Shown here piece after piece: positions 48,583-60,236 of a stretch of 64,000 bases of DNA. This DNA is from Octopus bimaculoides (taxonomy: Eukaryota), in NCBI RefSeq assembly GCF_001194135.2, contig NC_068983.1, forward strand, positions 161,357,803 to 161,421,802. Direction: 5' to 3'. How positions within the stretch are numbered: position 1 is the stretch's first letter; each line of letters starts with the position of its first letter. A program made the translations under genes and the position numbers. The notes below the pieces were generated by a model. The model worked only from the letters and a program-made list of their open reading frames with translations, had not been told where the DNA came from and ran no database searches.

Positions 48583-49211
48583 TATTGTGAACTAAATTCA
48601 AAATTTCATATATATATATATATATATCTGTAAAAATATGTGACACTTATTCGCTAGCTATGATAAAACTCGGAGTTTTATCATGGCTACCGAATAAGTG
48701 TCACATATTTTTACAGATAAATTCCTCTATTTACATAATATCGAGGTCTCTTTCTTNNNNNNNNNNNNNNNNNNNNNNNNNNNNNNNNNNNNNNNNNNNN
48801 NNNNNNNNNNNNNNNNNNNNNNNNNNNNNNNNNNNNNNNNNNNNNNNNNNNNNNNNNNNNNNNNNNNNNNNNNNNNNNNNNNNNNNNNNNNNNNNNNNNN
48901 NNNNNNNNNNNNNNNNNNNNNNNNNNNNNNNNNNNNNNNNNNNNNNNNNNNNNNNNNNNNNNNNNNNNNNNNNNNNNNNNNNNNNNNNNNNNNNNNNNNN
49001 NNNNNNNNNNNNNNNNNNNNNNNNNNNNNNNNNNNNNNNNNNNNNNNNNNNNNNNNNNNNNNNNNNNNTATGTGGCCTGCTTGTTTGTTGTACCTTGTTT
49101 ATCATTTTGTCCATGTTCTTTTGCAACGTCATGTACCTAGATATGTATCTATATGTACATGTAGATGAAGGTATGTACATACATGTACATATATATGCAT
49201 ATACTCATATA

Positions 49212-49244
<33 letters not shown>

Positions 49245-50413
49245 CATACATACATACATACATAAGGATAAGCGCATTAAAAGGGGTCCATGGGAAAATT
49301 CATTTAAATAAAAGGGGTCCTTGGTAGTGAAAAGGTTGAGAACGACCGTACTAAACCATAGGCTCATGTCTTTCCCTAAGTATGACCAATCGCTTAGGAG
49401 TGTGAGGACCTGAGTGTGAGGTGAGGCTAAATATTGGGCAACCCTTAGTGAAGCTTACAACCTCTACACAACCTTTGGCCGTCCTTGCTGAAACTTTCAC
49501 TAAGAGAGCGTGCTCCTATTGATATGGTATATCTAGGAGGGCATATCATGAGCAAAAAAAAAAGGGGGCCTTTTTTGCCGAACTGACGGAAAAGGGCAAT
49601 GTTAGTCGGAATGCCTATAAAGTACAGCTCAAGCAATACCTGGAATGACAGCAATCTGTTGAAATTTTGTTGCCTGATTCTGCAGGTTACACTTCATATT
49701 TGCTGCAGAGGATGCCTTCGAGGCCCACACTGCATGAGTCACTTCCTGATAACTCTGGATCTATTCTAATCAAAGCCACACCACTCACATTTTCTTTCCC
49801 GAAGAAAAAAATACACGTAAACGAGGAAGAGCCGTAAATTTTGATAGATACACCAGCACGCGTTTCACTAAGAAACAAGAAAAAAAAAAACTTGGATTTT
49901 TTGCGTGGAATCAAGTACCCTGACCTCCTAATGTGCTGCATTCAACGAAAAAAAAAAAACAAGCATTTTCCAATGATTCCTGGAAAGGGAGGGATGAAAG
50001 TTCCGAGGATTTCACCCCCACCAAATTTGTTTTTCCTGTTTTTTTTTTTATATTAAATCTAACCACCAAACCACTGGAAATCGTTTGATCTTCAGACAAA
50101 TCACACCTTCAAAGTGAGACGAGTGTAATAGTAAGAATTTACCGTTTTCATTATCTTACTCTTTTTATCGAACCGCTAGTGACAGTACATATGAACAACA
50201 GATAGAATATCATGTCTGTTCCAAGATTTCATGCTAGCATAGAAAATTTCTTACAGCTATACAACCGACGAAGAGCGTCAGTACTTTATCGGCTGNNNNN
50301 NNNNNNNNNNNNNNNNNNNNNNNNNNNNNNNNNNNNNNNNNNNNNNNNNNNNNNNNNNNNNNNNNNNNNNNNNNNNNNNNNNNNNNNNNNNNNNNNNNNN
50401 NNNNNNNNNNNNN

Positions 50414-50455
<42 letters not shown>

Positions 50456-51451
50456 AAATTTAATCTCAAAAATGTTCATATACATATGGAAAATTGGGGA
50501 AAATAAAAACGCACTTGATAGGAAATCACGGAGCAAATAAATACTCATTGCATCCAAGAATTATTAAGAAAATCGTATTTAAAAAAAAAAAACGATATGG
50601 AACGGAAATACTAGAAAACAAAACTCCTTCAAATGTTCAAATTGTAAATTGGCTTATCTTTGTAAGTCCGGTTTTGTTAACCAGTGAAGGTTGCATGAAC
50701 CAAAGCAAGCTAATAATGTACTGTCGCCACCTGAAAGAACATATACATCAGCCAATCATGTAAGAAGTGTCGTTTCTATTATTTTTTAGAATAGGCTTCC
50801 CCCTTCTCTCCAGTGCTTTGAAGTGTGTGGTGTAAAAAATTTTTTAATCCAGGTGAAAACGGAGAAACTCCAACTTATGTGAGACAGCTATTTCAAAAAT
50901 CCACCCAGACCACCAATAATAGAAACAACATTTATTACATGATTGGCAGACGTGTATGTTCTTTCAGATGGCGACAGTATATTATTAGCTTCCTTTGGTT
51001 CATGCAACCTTGACTTGTTATCAAAACCGGACTTAAAACGACTAAGTCAAATTACAAAATGAACATTTGAAGGCGTTTCATTTGTATTTTTTGCTTTCTA
51101 TAATACGATTTTCTTTTATCAATTGGACTTTTTTTCAGTTTTCCTCATGAATACGAACATTTTTGAGATTAGATATACACACACTCATACGTATTCAGCC
51201 GACAAAATACACTTTATGGGAGACAGCTATACTGAAAGTCCTGCGGTCGAAAATGACACTGTATGAGTACTGTTTTCAGAGGTGCTCCAACGATATAATA
51301 GTGTTACAGGACTTTCCACCACCACCACCACAATAACAACAACCAACACGAGCCCTACCTCTACAGCTCGACTAATTTATTTATAAAACTACTGGACTCT
51401 TGCTCAAGCCATCATATAATAAATGCATTTTTATTTTTCAGGTTTTTCGCA

Positions 51452-52336
51452 ATGTCTTCGCCAGTCTTGAAACTATTCCAGATTATTATGATACTGTATA
51501 TGGCATTAGGTGGTAATACATTTGTAAGAGAAATTAAACATAATTCGGAAGTTGCAGGAAACATAAAGTCTAACATTAAAAGTACAACTACACCCAGTTC
51601 AAAATTAATGAAACACACAGTAGCTTCTTTAAGGAATCAGACAAATAATATACACAATCTGAGAGTTGATGTCAACTCATCAAAATACCCTGTTTACAAA
51701 ATGACAATGAAACCAACTTTGAAAATGAAACCAGTTTTGAAAATGAAGCCAGCTTTGAAAATGAAAACAGTTTTGAAAATGAAACCAGCTTTGAAAATGA
51801 AACCAGCTTTGAAAATGAAACCAGCTTTGCAAATGAAAACAGTTTTGAAAACGGAAAGAACTTTGAAGGTGAAACCATCACGAAAATATAAAATACTACA
51901 ATCCATCATTGTTAAAAGAGTCACTTTCAAAAATAATTCAGCTAACCAAACCCTAGGAAAAACCAATGGTATTTCTGCTTCGACAGAAAATTCCAGAATT
52001 GGGCAGGTGAAACGGATGTCTTTATTTCCTTCAAGATTATTTAGAAGAATTTCTCATAATCTACAAGGTTCTGGAAGTAAAAATGCTAGTAGTAAACTTG
52101 ATAATGGCTTGGGTGTTCATCTTATTCGAGTGTATCCCCCGATAATGCATGGTTTCCATAGGTTTTTCGTAAGGCGTCGGCCTTTTGCTAATTTTACAGA
52201 CAAAAATGATACTCTTCTTAAAATTGTATTAATTTCTAACGAAACTCCAGCGGTAAACAATTTATTCCAACCATTTCTCGACTTTTTTCGAAGAATGACA
52301 TTGTCCATTAAGTCATTTCTTCACGCCGTGAAATAG
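51452..52336 (+). CDS. Unrecognised 294-aa basic protein with a predicted signal peptide and (L-K-M-K-P/T-A/V) hexapeptide repeats
   Basis: 885-nt uninterrupted ORF in AT-rich DNA. Hydrophobic N-terminus (LFQIIMILYMALG) and 8 N-X-S/T sequons. A polypyrimidine/CAG acceptor-like site lies 10 nt before the ATG, and AATAAA is at 52380-52385. No transposon motifs are visible. Confidence 0.7.
   Translation: MSSPVLKLFQIIMILYMALGGNTFVREIKHNSEVAGNIKSNIKSTTTPSSKLMKHTVASLRNQTNNIHNLRVDVNSSKYPVYKMTMKPTLKMKPVLKMKPALKMKTVLKMKPALKMKPALKMKPALQMKTVLKTERTLKVKPSRKYKILQSIIVKRVTFKNNSANQTLGKTNGISASTENSRIGQVKRMSLFPSRLFRRISHNLQGSGSKNASSKLDNGLGVHLIRVYPPIMHGFHRFFVRRRPFANFTDKNDTLLKIVLISNETPAVNNLFQPFLDFFRRMTLSIKSFLHAVK
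51707..51875 (+). repeat. 18-bp coding minisatellite (consensus TTGAAAATGAAACCAGCT), about 9 degenerate units
   Basis: Directly visible tandem array inside the 294-aa ORF. Confidence 0.95.
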
Positions 52337-52379
52337 ATTTTGCAGTTAATTGCTACCTGACTGTATACAAAGATGTTAA

Positions 52380-52385
52380 AATAAA
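52380..52385 (+). terminator. Polyadenylation signal for the 294-aa ORF
   Basis: AATAAA 44 nt after the stop codon, followed by T-rich sequence. Confidence 0.45.
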
Positions 52386-52552
52386 GACTGATTTATTTCA
52401 TTGATTTAGTTTTATTTTATTGAAAAGTTTAGATTTCTTTTGACATGGCACAAATTCAATTGTTTCCCCAGACCCCAGGGATAGGGAGGGTGCATTACTG
52501 ACACTCTATCAATATATTTTCGTTGATTTCTTAAAAATTACTTATTCAGCTA

Positions 52553-52629
52553 GGACATGTCCCTTTGGACATGTCCCTTTGGACATGTCCCTTTGAACAT
52601 GTCCGTTTATATCCAGCTTGGACATGTCC
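52553..52629. repeat. 14-bp tandem repeat (GGACATGTCCCTTT) containing five RRRCATGYYY palindromic decamers
   Basis: GGACATGTCC at 52553, 52567, 52581 and 52620; GAACATGTCC at 52595. Confidence 0.9.
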
Positions 52630-53455
52630 GTTTTATATCCAGTACACAGCGTCCATTACTGAGAGTATCAGATATGGCATAGATTAGAGGGCCCATTATT
52701 GTCATAAGATACACCTATGCCAATGGAAACAGCCTTTCTCATTCAGAGAGTATTATGACCCTTGACGGCACAGCAATATTTTTACGTATATACCTAGACG
52801 GTCCGACATGGCTATCCACGCCACCGACATTGCACATATTTCTGTTTTTCTTTCAACACCTCGACTCGTTTTCCCTTCATAAACCAGGTGGTCAACACCT
52901 TTCCTGGACGTTCATCTCTCGTGAAAAATACTCCAGAACTCTCTGAGATAAATCAGTAGCGTAGCTAGGGCGATAGGGGTGGCTCACCTCGGGTGACGCT
53001 TTATTAGTCGACGATGAAAATTATTATTATTATTAATAATATTTCGAACTGATTCAGGGCGGTGAGCTGGCAGAATCGTTAGCACGCCGGAAAAAATGCT
53101 TAGCGGCATTTCGTCCGTCCTTACGTTCTGAGTTCAAATCCCATCGAGGTTGACTTTGCTTTTCATCTTTTCGGGGTCGATAAAATAAGTACCAGTTATG
53201 TACTGGGGTTGATGTAATCGACTATCACTCTCCCCAAAATTTCAAGCCTTGTGCCTATATTAGAATGGATTATTTCAAACTGCTTTGCTTCTCACCCCTA
53301 TGATGGAATTTAGGTGGGTTTACTTGACCTCAACCATCCAAGAACTTTCGAATGATCTTCGCTGTTCCTAATAAGCAGGCGAGACGCATGTATTCTATGT
53401 GCTTCTGCAAGCCTGTTTCTTCTATCCACTCTTAGAGCCTCTTCCCCGTCATTCA

Positions 53456-53512
<57 letters not shown>

Positions 53513-54325
53513 CAATAATATTAATACGCTAACTTCTTAGCTGTTTATTTTTCTCTTCTTTCACATTGATCTTGTGGTCAACGGGACATGCTATGTCGAT
53601 TATCATGCATGTTCTTTCTTTTTTATTCACCACGACAATATCCGGTTTCCGATGTCTGGTCAGGGGATCGCACTGCCGCTGCGTTCTGAGTTCAGCATCC
53701 GCCGAGGTCGACTTTGCTTTTCATCCTTTCGAGATCGATAAATCAAGTACCAGTTGCATTCTGGGGTCGATCTAATTGACTCGCCCCCTCCCACTAAATT
53801 TCGGGCTTTGTGTCTTTAGTAGAAAGGATTATGGACACTTAATATATGTTTTGAAATAAGATTACTTCTGAGTCAATTAATACTTCTAGATATTCTCAGT
53901 CTTATCATCTGAATGAATAAGTAGTTACAATATTCAGATGAACTAGTGGGGCCCGTGAATATTTCACAGAATTAATGGTAAACTTATTCAGCTATTTCTG
54001 AAAACTTTATCCAAAATACCTGAAAGCGTAGTCTGTGTTGTGTCTGTATCAAAAGATAGTCAGTCGTCTGCTAATCACTGAAAAGTGAAGACAATTGGAA
54101 TATGATTACTTCATGCACTTTATATATACAGCTTATATATTTTATGTACAATTTTATAAACTTAATACATTGCACTACCCCTCTTTCTCTCCCCCTCTTC
54201 TCCTTACCATCTTTTTCTCTCTCCTTTTTCTTTTGCTCTTCGCCTTTCCCTTCAACTAATCACATGAAAGCGTTACAGACGGGCTAAGTAACGGAGGAGA
54301 AAAAAACAGTTTAGAAAAAAAAACA

Positions 54326-54795
54326 CTTTAATTAAGCAAGCAAGCAACTAATTACCTAACTGATTAAGTAATAAAGCCACAATTATTTAATTAAGCACGC
54401 ATGCAGCTAATTTGTTAACTAACTAATTAAGCAAGCAAGCAAACAGGCAACAAATTAAATAACTTATTAATTAAGCATACAAACCACAAATTACTTACCT
54501 AATTGATTAATCAAGCATGAAACTAATTAGTTAACTAAATTATTAAGCAAGTAAGCAACTGATTACTTAATTAACTAATTATGCAAGCAAGCAACTAATT
54601 AATTAATTAAGCAAGCAACTAATTAACTAACCAATTAATTATACAAGCAACTAATTAATTAACTAATTTAGCTTAGGAGCAACTAATTAATTTAGCTTGT
54701 ACGCATCAAATTAATTAAGTAAGCAACTAATTATATAATTAACCAAGTAAGCAACTAATAAATTAACTATTTTATCAAACAACTAATTAACTAAA
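54326..54795. repeat. Degenerate AT-rich minisatellite of TTAATTAA / GCAAGCAAC / TAATTA units
   Basis: Repeated AATTAAGCAAGCAACTAATTA variants over about 470 bp. Confidence 0.85.
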
Positions 54796-55354
54796 GTGAA
54801 GGAAATTGGAATACGATGATTACATAATGCACGTTATATATATATACTTTATGCACAATTTTATAGACTTAATACTCATCACTCATAAAATAAATATTCG
54901 CTCTTATTTTTCCATTTTCTCCATAAACAGAAAAAATCAGATTTTTTTCAAAAAACGCCCATCCTCTCTGCCCCACCCTGTGCAACGTCTCGATTAGAGA
55001 CACGTTGTCATTTCACTCTACCGATTCTACCATTACTACAACTGCATCTGTTCATCAGAAATACCTTGCTGATTGCCACCCCCTATTTAAGCTCATGCAA
55101 TCTCTTCCTTCTGACTCATTCTGTTTCCTCTCTGAGACTTCGCACTAACCACAGTACTCAACCCTTCCTCCCTTTGTAGGGCATCAAGCTTATGGAATTT
55201 TCCTCCCTACTCATGTGTTTCCTAGAGATGCATACTCGGAATTTTTTTTTATTAGAACACCTGTCGCGTCAGTCTGACCAGCTACCGAGGAACTGAAAAA
55301 CCTACCGAGAATCTAACAATTCCTTGGTACTTCCCGTCTTTTCTAACAGCATAA

Positions 55355-55930
55355 TGAGTACAGAAGACGCCATGATGATATTGCACAATGGTTAGACTGG
55401 AAGATGTGCAGGAGGTATGCGTTAGAATGTAAGGCAAGTGGTAAAAACACCAAACTTTGCTAGCCGTAGAAAAACGATCTGGTGAAACTTATGCGGAGTA
55501 TAATAACCTATACTGAAAGAAGATGCAATACAATCGACCAGATATTACTCTCCTACGGAAAGAGACAAAAAGAAAAAAATTGGATCTTCATTGATATAGC
55601 AGTACTTGCAAATCAGAACATTGCAGAGAAAGAAAATGAATACGTTGAAAGGTATCAAGACCAGGTAATTGAAGTGGAGTGCATGCACAGAGACTCAAGA
55701 ATAAGTGTATTACCTACCCATCATGACTGGTGCATTCGAAAATAACACTAAAACCAAGAATTCGTTGGAAGTACACAATTGGTGGCCACATTCAAAACAT
55801 TGCATATGTTGTGGAAAGTGTTGCCTCTCCAAAGGGCAGGAAGACATGATACAGGAAACCGAAAACGTCAAAACTCGGGAGAATTGCAATAAAAACAACT
55901 AGAAAAGCATTCAGAGAGCGCAGACCTCCG
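55355..55930 (+). mobile_element. R4/Dong-like RLE retrotransposon remnant
   Basis: RHDDIAQWLDWKMC...YNRPDI...WIFIDIAV.ANQNIAEKE... Confidence 0.7.
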
Positions 55931-56379
55931 ACAAGCAGCTCACTTCCACCCATATACACGCATGCTGAAAATCGCCCAATTTCCCAAACCAACGCCGGCA
56001 AAAACATAACCTCCTTCCATACTTATTTCGACCATCGTCATCATCAGCACTGTCTCTGCTTTCACCACAGTCACCGTCAAAACTACGATCAGTTTCTTTA
56101 CACAGTTGAAAATCCATTATCCGATACTTATGAGACCGAGATTGTTGAAGATTTTTGATTTTTCTAATTGCAGAATGCTTTATCAAAAATTAAAAATTGC
56201 ATCTACAAAACGGAACAGTTTGAGGAAAGAAACCAGGTCTAAACACAATAGCTTATAGACATACTCTGAATGTAGTTCTATATAATCTTTAATAATTATT
56301 TTTATACTTAAGACCATCAGAAATGTTAAGATATCAACCTCTACCCACGTTGTCATGCTTTGATTAAAAGGTTACAGCA

Positions 56380-56850
56380 TAGATTAGATTACTTAGATAA
56401 ATTTCGGCCGAAGTTGACTCAGGCCATGTCTAATTTAATAGCACCACATGAAAGAGATACACAGTCAGTTCTGGGGAACCGTAGCCCATTCAAGCAGAGG
56501 GTTATTGTTTTCAGAGACATATTTGGGTGTGGGTGGTTTATCTAGTATTTGTTGGGGGTAATCATCTAGGTATCGTTTGAATGCCGTGAAGTTACTTTCC
56601 TACTTTATGTGTGTCTGGCACGATGTTGAAGAGAGCAGGGCCAATTGAGGTGATACGACACGAACATTTCTGTAGTGGACGAATGGTACGGGAGCCAACC
56701 CTCGGACGAATTTTAAAGATGGGCAATGTTGATGGAATATTTTCCACATCATACAGATGATATAGAGCTCACATGATATGGAGGGAGCAAAGCCTGAGCT
56801 TTTTGAATCGATCCCAATAGTCAAGGCTTGTCATGTCATCCTCCGCAGAC
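56380..56850 (-). mobile_element. CR1/L2-like LINE 3' remnant
   Basis: Degenerate minus-strand reading ...YIICMMWKIF...FKRYLDDY...LDKPPTPKYV...NNPL. Confidence 0.55.
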
Positions 56851-56899
56851 CTCCGCCAAGCAGCTCATTTTAAGATAGATACGTGAGTAAAATTACTAA

Positions 56900-57197
56900 T
56901 AGAGAAACGAAAATAAACTTTGGAAACAGCAACGCCACCATAGGTTACATTGAAACGATGAACGTGTTTTCAAGGGAGATAATCAAAGAACGTAACATTG
57001 TAATATTTCATGTAAAGTAAATATAACAAATGAAAAATCCTTCAAGAATCCATAGAAATTCCCGGATCACTACCAAAATTTCATCATCTGTTCCTTGTGT
57101 CATTACCGTTCACAACTTTTTGAGTTATTTTGCGCACAGACAGACGGACAAACCAACGCCGATGAAAACATAACCTCCTTCTTTGGCGGAGGTAATA
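56900..57197 (+). mobile_element. HINE/DINE-1/pearl-like non-autonomous element 3' end (a truncated relative lies at about 55960-56020)
   Basis: ACAGACAGACGGACA microsatellite followed by AAACATAACCTCC...GGCGGAGGTAAT terminal hairpin. Confidence 0.6.
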
Positions 57198-57728
57198 ATT
57201 GCTTGTAACGGAGATGTAAAGCCAGGAATTCGAGTGAGGGTCAGTTGAGTATGTCGACTGCAGTTCTTAACTGGTAATTTATCTTATCGACCTCGGAAGA
57301 AGAAAAAAAAGGCCACTTTAACATCGGGGGGATTTGAACTCAGAAAGTAAAACTCGGCGCAATTGCCACAAGACATTTTAGCCAACGTTCTAACGATGCT
57401 ATCAATCGAAATATCTCATGGCCTGAGCACAAGACCAAAGTATAGATTTATGGACACATTTCTACTGTGGTTACTCAACACAGAATAGGCTTGATGTTCA
57501 CACTTCTCACACTGAACACAAAGTCAAACTTTGGAAACTTTTGCACCGTACGGTGCCCGAAGAGCGTCATTCAGCTACATTGATGTTATTATTAGTGACC
57601 CAACATGAAACTGAGGACCCACCAAAGCTAATAGGGGTGGAGAGAGTTCTGAGATTCTTGGTGCAGTGTATTGAAAGACATTTTGATTGAGGGTTGCCTG
57701 AAGAAAAAACATGTATTTGTAGGGGCGA

Positions 57729-57731
<3 letters not shown>

Positions 57732-57772
<41 letters not shown>

Positions 57773-57776
57773 CAGC

Positions 57777-57815
<39 letters not shown>
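57732..57815. repeat. (GTA)n microsatellite (other SSRs include (CA)n 9130-9200, (CT)/(GA)n 6358-6438, (ATT)n 23612-23665 and 53457-53511)
   Basis: Directly visible in the sequence. Confidence 0.95.
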
Positions 57816-58207
57816 TTTCCCATTTAAACTTTTTCTTTTTCAAAAATCTCTTTGGACTCCTATAACGAATTTTTCTTCTTTTTTTTTAAAAAAAAAGCCT
57901 TTAAAATTTTTTATTTACATCCCATCAACAAGTTATTTTGGTTTTAACTTTTTTGCTTCCTTTTATTTTCTTGATTTATTGGTTATTTTTTGTAATTCCA
58001 CGTTTAAAAATATGGTGATTAAGATTACGAGAGAAAACAAGAAATGCTTTTTTGAAACTTCAATCTCTTACCGCATAGCTAAGCTGTGTGGTAAGAGATT
58101 GAAGTTTTGCTTCACATCTTAATGGCTCTCTGTTCAGTTCTATTATAGCTTCGGCCGACCATAGCCTTGTGAGTGAATTTAGTTGGCGGAAACTGAAAGA
58201 AGCCTGG

Positions 58208-58211
58208 CGTG

Positions 58212-58270
<59 letters not shown>

Positions 58271-58280
58271 GCGCATACAC
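58208..58280. repeat. Compound (CA)n(CG)n microsatellite
   Basis: About 70 nt of alternating purine-pyrimidine sequence, including about 9 consecutive CG units. Confidence 0.95.
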
Positions 58281-59362
58281 AAGTGCTCGTCTCTATCTCT
58301 ACCCTGTTTTCTTTCCTCCGTCCATGCTTGCTCCCCTTAGGTAGGCAATATCCTCTCCTCTCCAACAGGGAGATAGATGAAGCTCTATTACAGTGGCGAG
58401 AGCGGGGTTTGTCAGTTCCTGTTACAGCCCAGGATAGACGGAACAATCTGCGTTCAGGTGCCACTTTCAACTCTCTCTTTGATCAATCTGATCAATTTTC
58501 AAGATGTCGCCAACTTTCAGCTAGTGCAAAATTCTCGGGACCTGTGGTCCGCGTTCTCCTGGTAGTATTGGGGGGTCTGTCAGCATGTTAAGCTGACAGG
58601 CCTTTCAATATCATGGGGCCCGTGGGAAAACTCATTTAAATCAAAGGGATCCTTGGTAGTGTAAAGATTGTGAACCACTGGTCTAGAGGAACTTCGCATC
58701 TCCATCGCACTCAAAGTGGGAGCTGGCGTTTGTAGGGTACTAAGACCAATGTGGTTGGCCCCTTGACCCCACAGATCTTCACGGTCTGTCTTGCCGCCTA
58801 AATGCTGGTCGCTTCGTTCGTTACACCGAGCTAAACCTAATCATTAAGCAGGCCCTCGCTCGGATTAATATCCCCTCCATTCTGGAGCCGATGGAGTTAT
58901 CCAGAAGTGATGGAAAGAGACCAGATGGTCTTACCCTCTTTTACTTACTCCCACATCTTGGATGCTCCAGTAAATAAGAGGGTCACTGCTTCCGTAGCAG
59001 AACAGAAGAAAACCCTGAAGTACTGAGAACTGACAGTGAACTATCTCTTCCGACCTGTGGCGTTTGAGACGTTCGGAGGGACTGGACCACTAACCGCGAA
59101 GTTCTTGTCGTCGTCGGCATTTCGCCTTACTGAGGGTGTCAGGTGGTAATGCTGCGAGCGTACTGGCTTGCGTCAGTAGTTTCCGTTGAACCTTGTGGTG
59201 TGCGATCAGTTGAAGCGCTTGGTGCTGCATTGTTGATGTTGTTCTTTTTTCCCCCTCTTTCTTCCCTACAAATGGTTTCAATAGTTTTAGCAGAAAGATT
59301 TGGAAGAATTAGAAGAAAGTTCTCCGATAATTTTCTTTCATCTAAGTAAATGTTTATGCTAA
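58277..59362 (+). mobile_element. Second decayed CRE-like copy, interrupted by a hAT-like MITE fragment (about 58590-58682)
   Basis: Reverse-complement homolog of 43172-44240. Reads SCRLNAGRFVRYTELNLIIKQALARINIPSILEPMELSRSDGKRPDGLTL. Confidence 0.8.
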
Positions 59363-59617
59363 GTTAAGAATTTGCCTGCGAAATCTTATAAAATGACAAT
59401 GTTCTAAAAGATGTCTCTTGCAAAACATAGTGACGACCGGCGAGTTTTTATGAAAAAGATATAAGGATGTATTCAACCGACTACGTTTTGTGGAACTAGT
59501 AACATACGAAATATCAACGAATGGAAATATTTGGTGGTAACAATATAAAATTATTCTGATGCGTAAGCAATTATTTTCAAGTAATAAATAACAACGATAA
59601 GACTACAGCTGTCGCTT

Positions 59618-59688
59618 GCATCGGTGGTTCAGTGGTAGAATGCTCGCCTGCCACGCGGGCGGCCCGGGTTCGATTCCCGGCCGATGCA
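59618..59688 (+). tRNA. tRNA-Gly(GCC): tRNA-Gly (anticodon GCC), 71 nt
   Basis: Acceptor stem GCATCGG/CCGATGC, anticodon loop CTGCCAC, T-loop TTCGATT, intact A and B boxes, oligo-T terminator just downstream. Confidence 0.97.
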
Positions 59689-60236
59689 CTATATCTTTTT
59701 GAATAATGTTTTTTTTTTTTTATTATTAGTTAGGAAAATTAAAAAATCAAGAGCATTAAAATGAGAAATCTACCATTCACGCCTGTTCCAATAAATTAAT
59801 GGCAGGATAAATAATTGATAATATCAATATGTAGCTATGTTCTGAGTTCAAACTCTGCCAAGGTCTACTTTGCCTCTCATCCTTTCGGGGTCAGTAAATT
59901 AAGTATCAGTTGCATACTGGGGTTGATCTAATCGATTGGNNNNNNNNNNCGGGGTCAGTAAATTAAGTATCAGTTGCATACTGGGGTTGATCTAATCGAT
60001 TGGCTCTCTCCCCCAAAATTTCGGGCCTTGTGCCTAGAGTAGAAAAGAATATCAATATGTAATACGACGATCGATGAGTAAATCCTTTTGATTTTCAGCT
60101 GTTGACAGTGTACAGTTCAGCTAAGGTTGACGTTATAAACATTACATCTTTGACCTTCCCGTCTGATTATTTTTGTCTTTTTCCAGACGCATCGAGCGAT
60201 CACATAGAGGTTCTCTCATTGATTCATGATTAATCA

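Noticed and set aside
49685-49840. Possible plus-strand exon after ctgattctgcag upstream of the orphan ORF
   Set aside because: All frames close within about 50 codons, with no recognisable similarity or convincing donor.
52553-52629. Regular short repeats as a CRISPR-like array
   Set aside because: The 4-bp spacers are identical, the context is eukaryotic and there are no cas genes.
57575-58122. Poly-Leu/Tyr/Val ORFs and the His-Thr/Cys-Val ORFs throughout the window
   Set aside because: They are translations of (GTA)n, (ATT)n and (CA)n microsatellites.
59880-60005. Apparent tandem duplications around 10-N gaps (also about 29265-29306 and 61290-61378)
   Set aside because: Identical sequence on both sides of a 10-N spacer is typical of unmerged overlapping contig ends, not biology.
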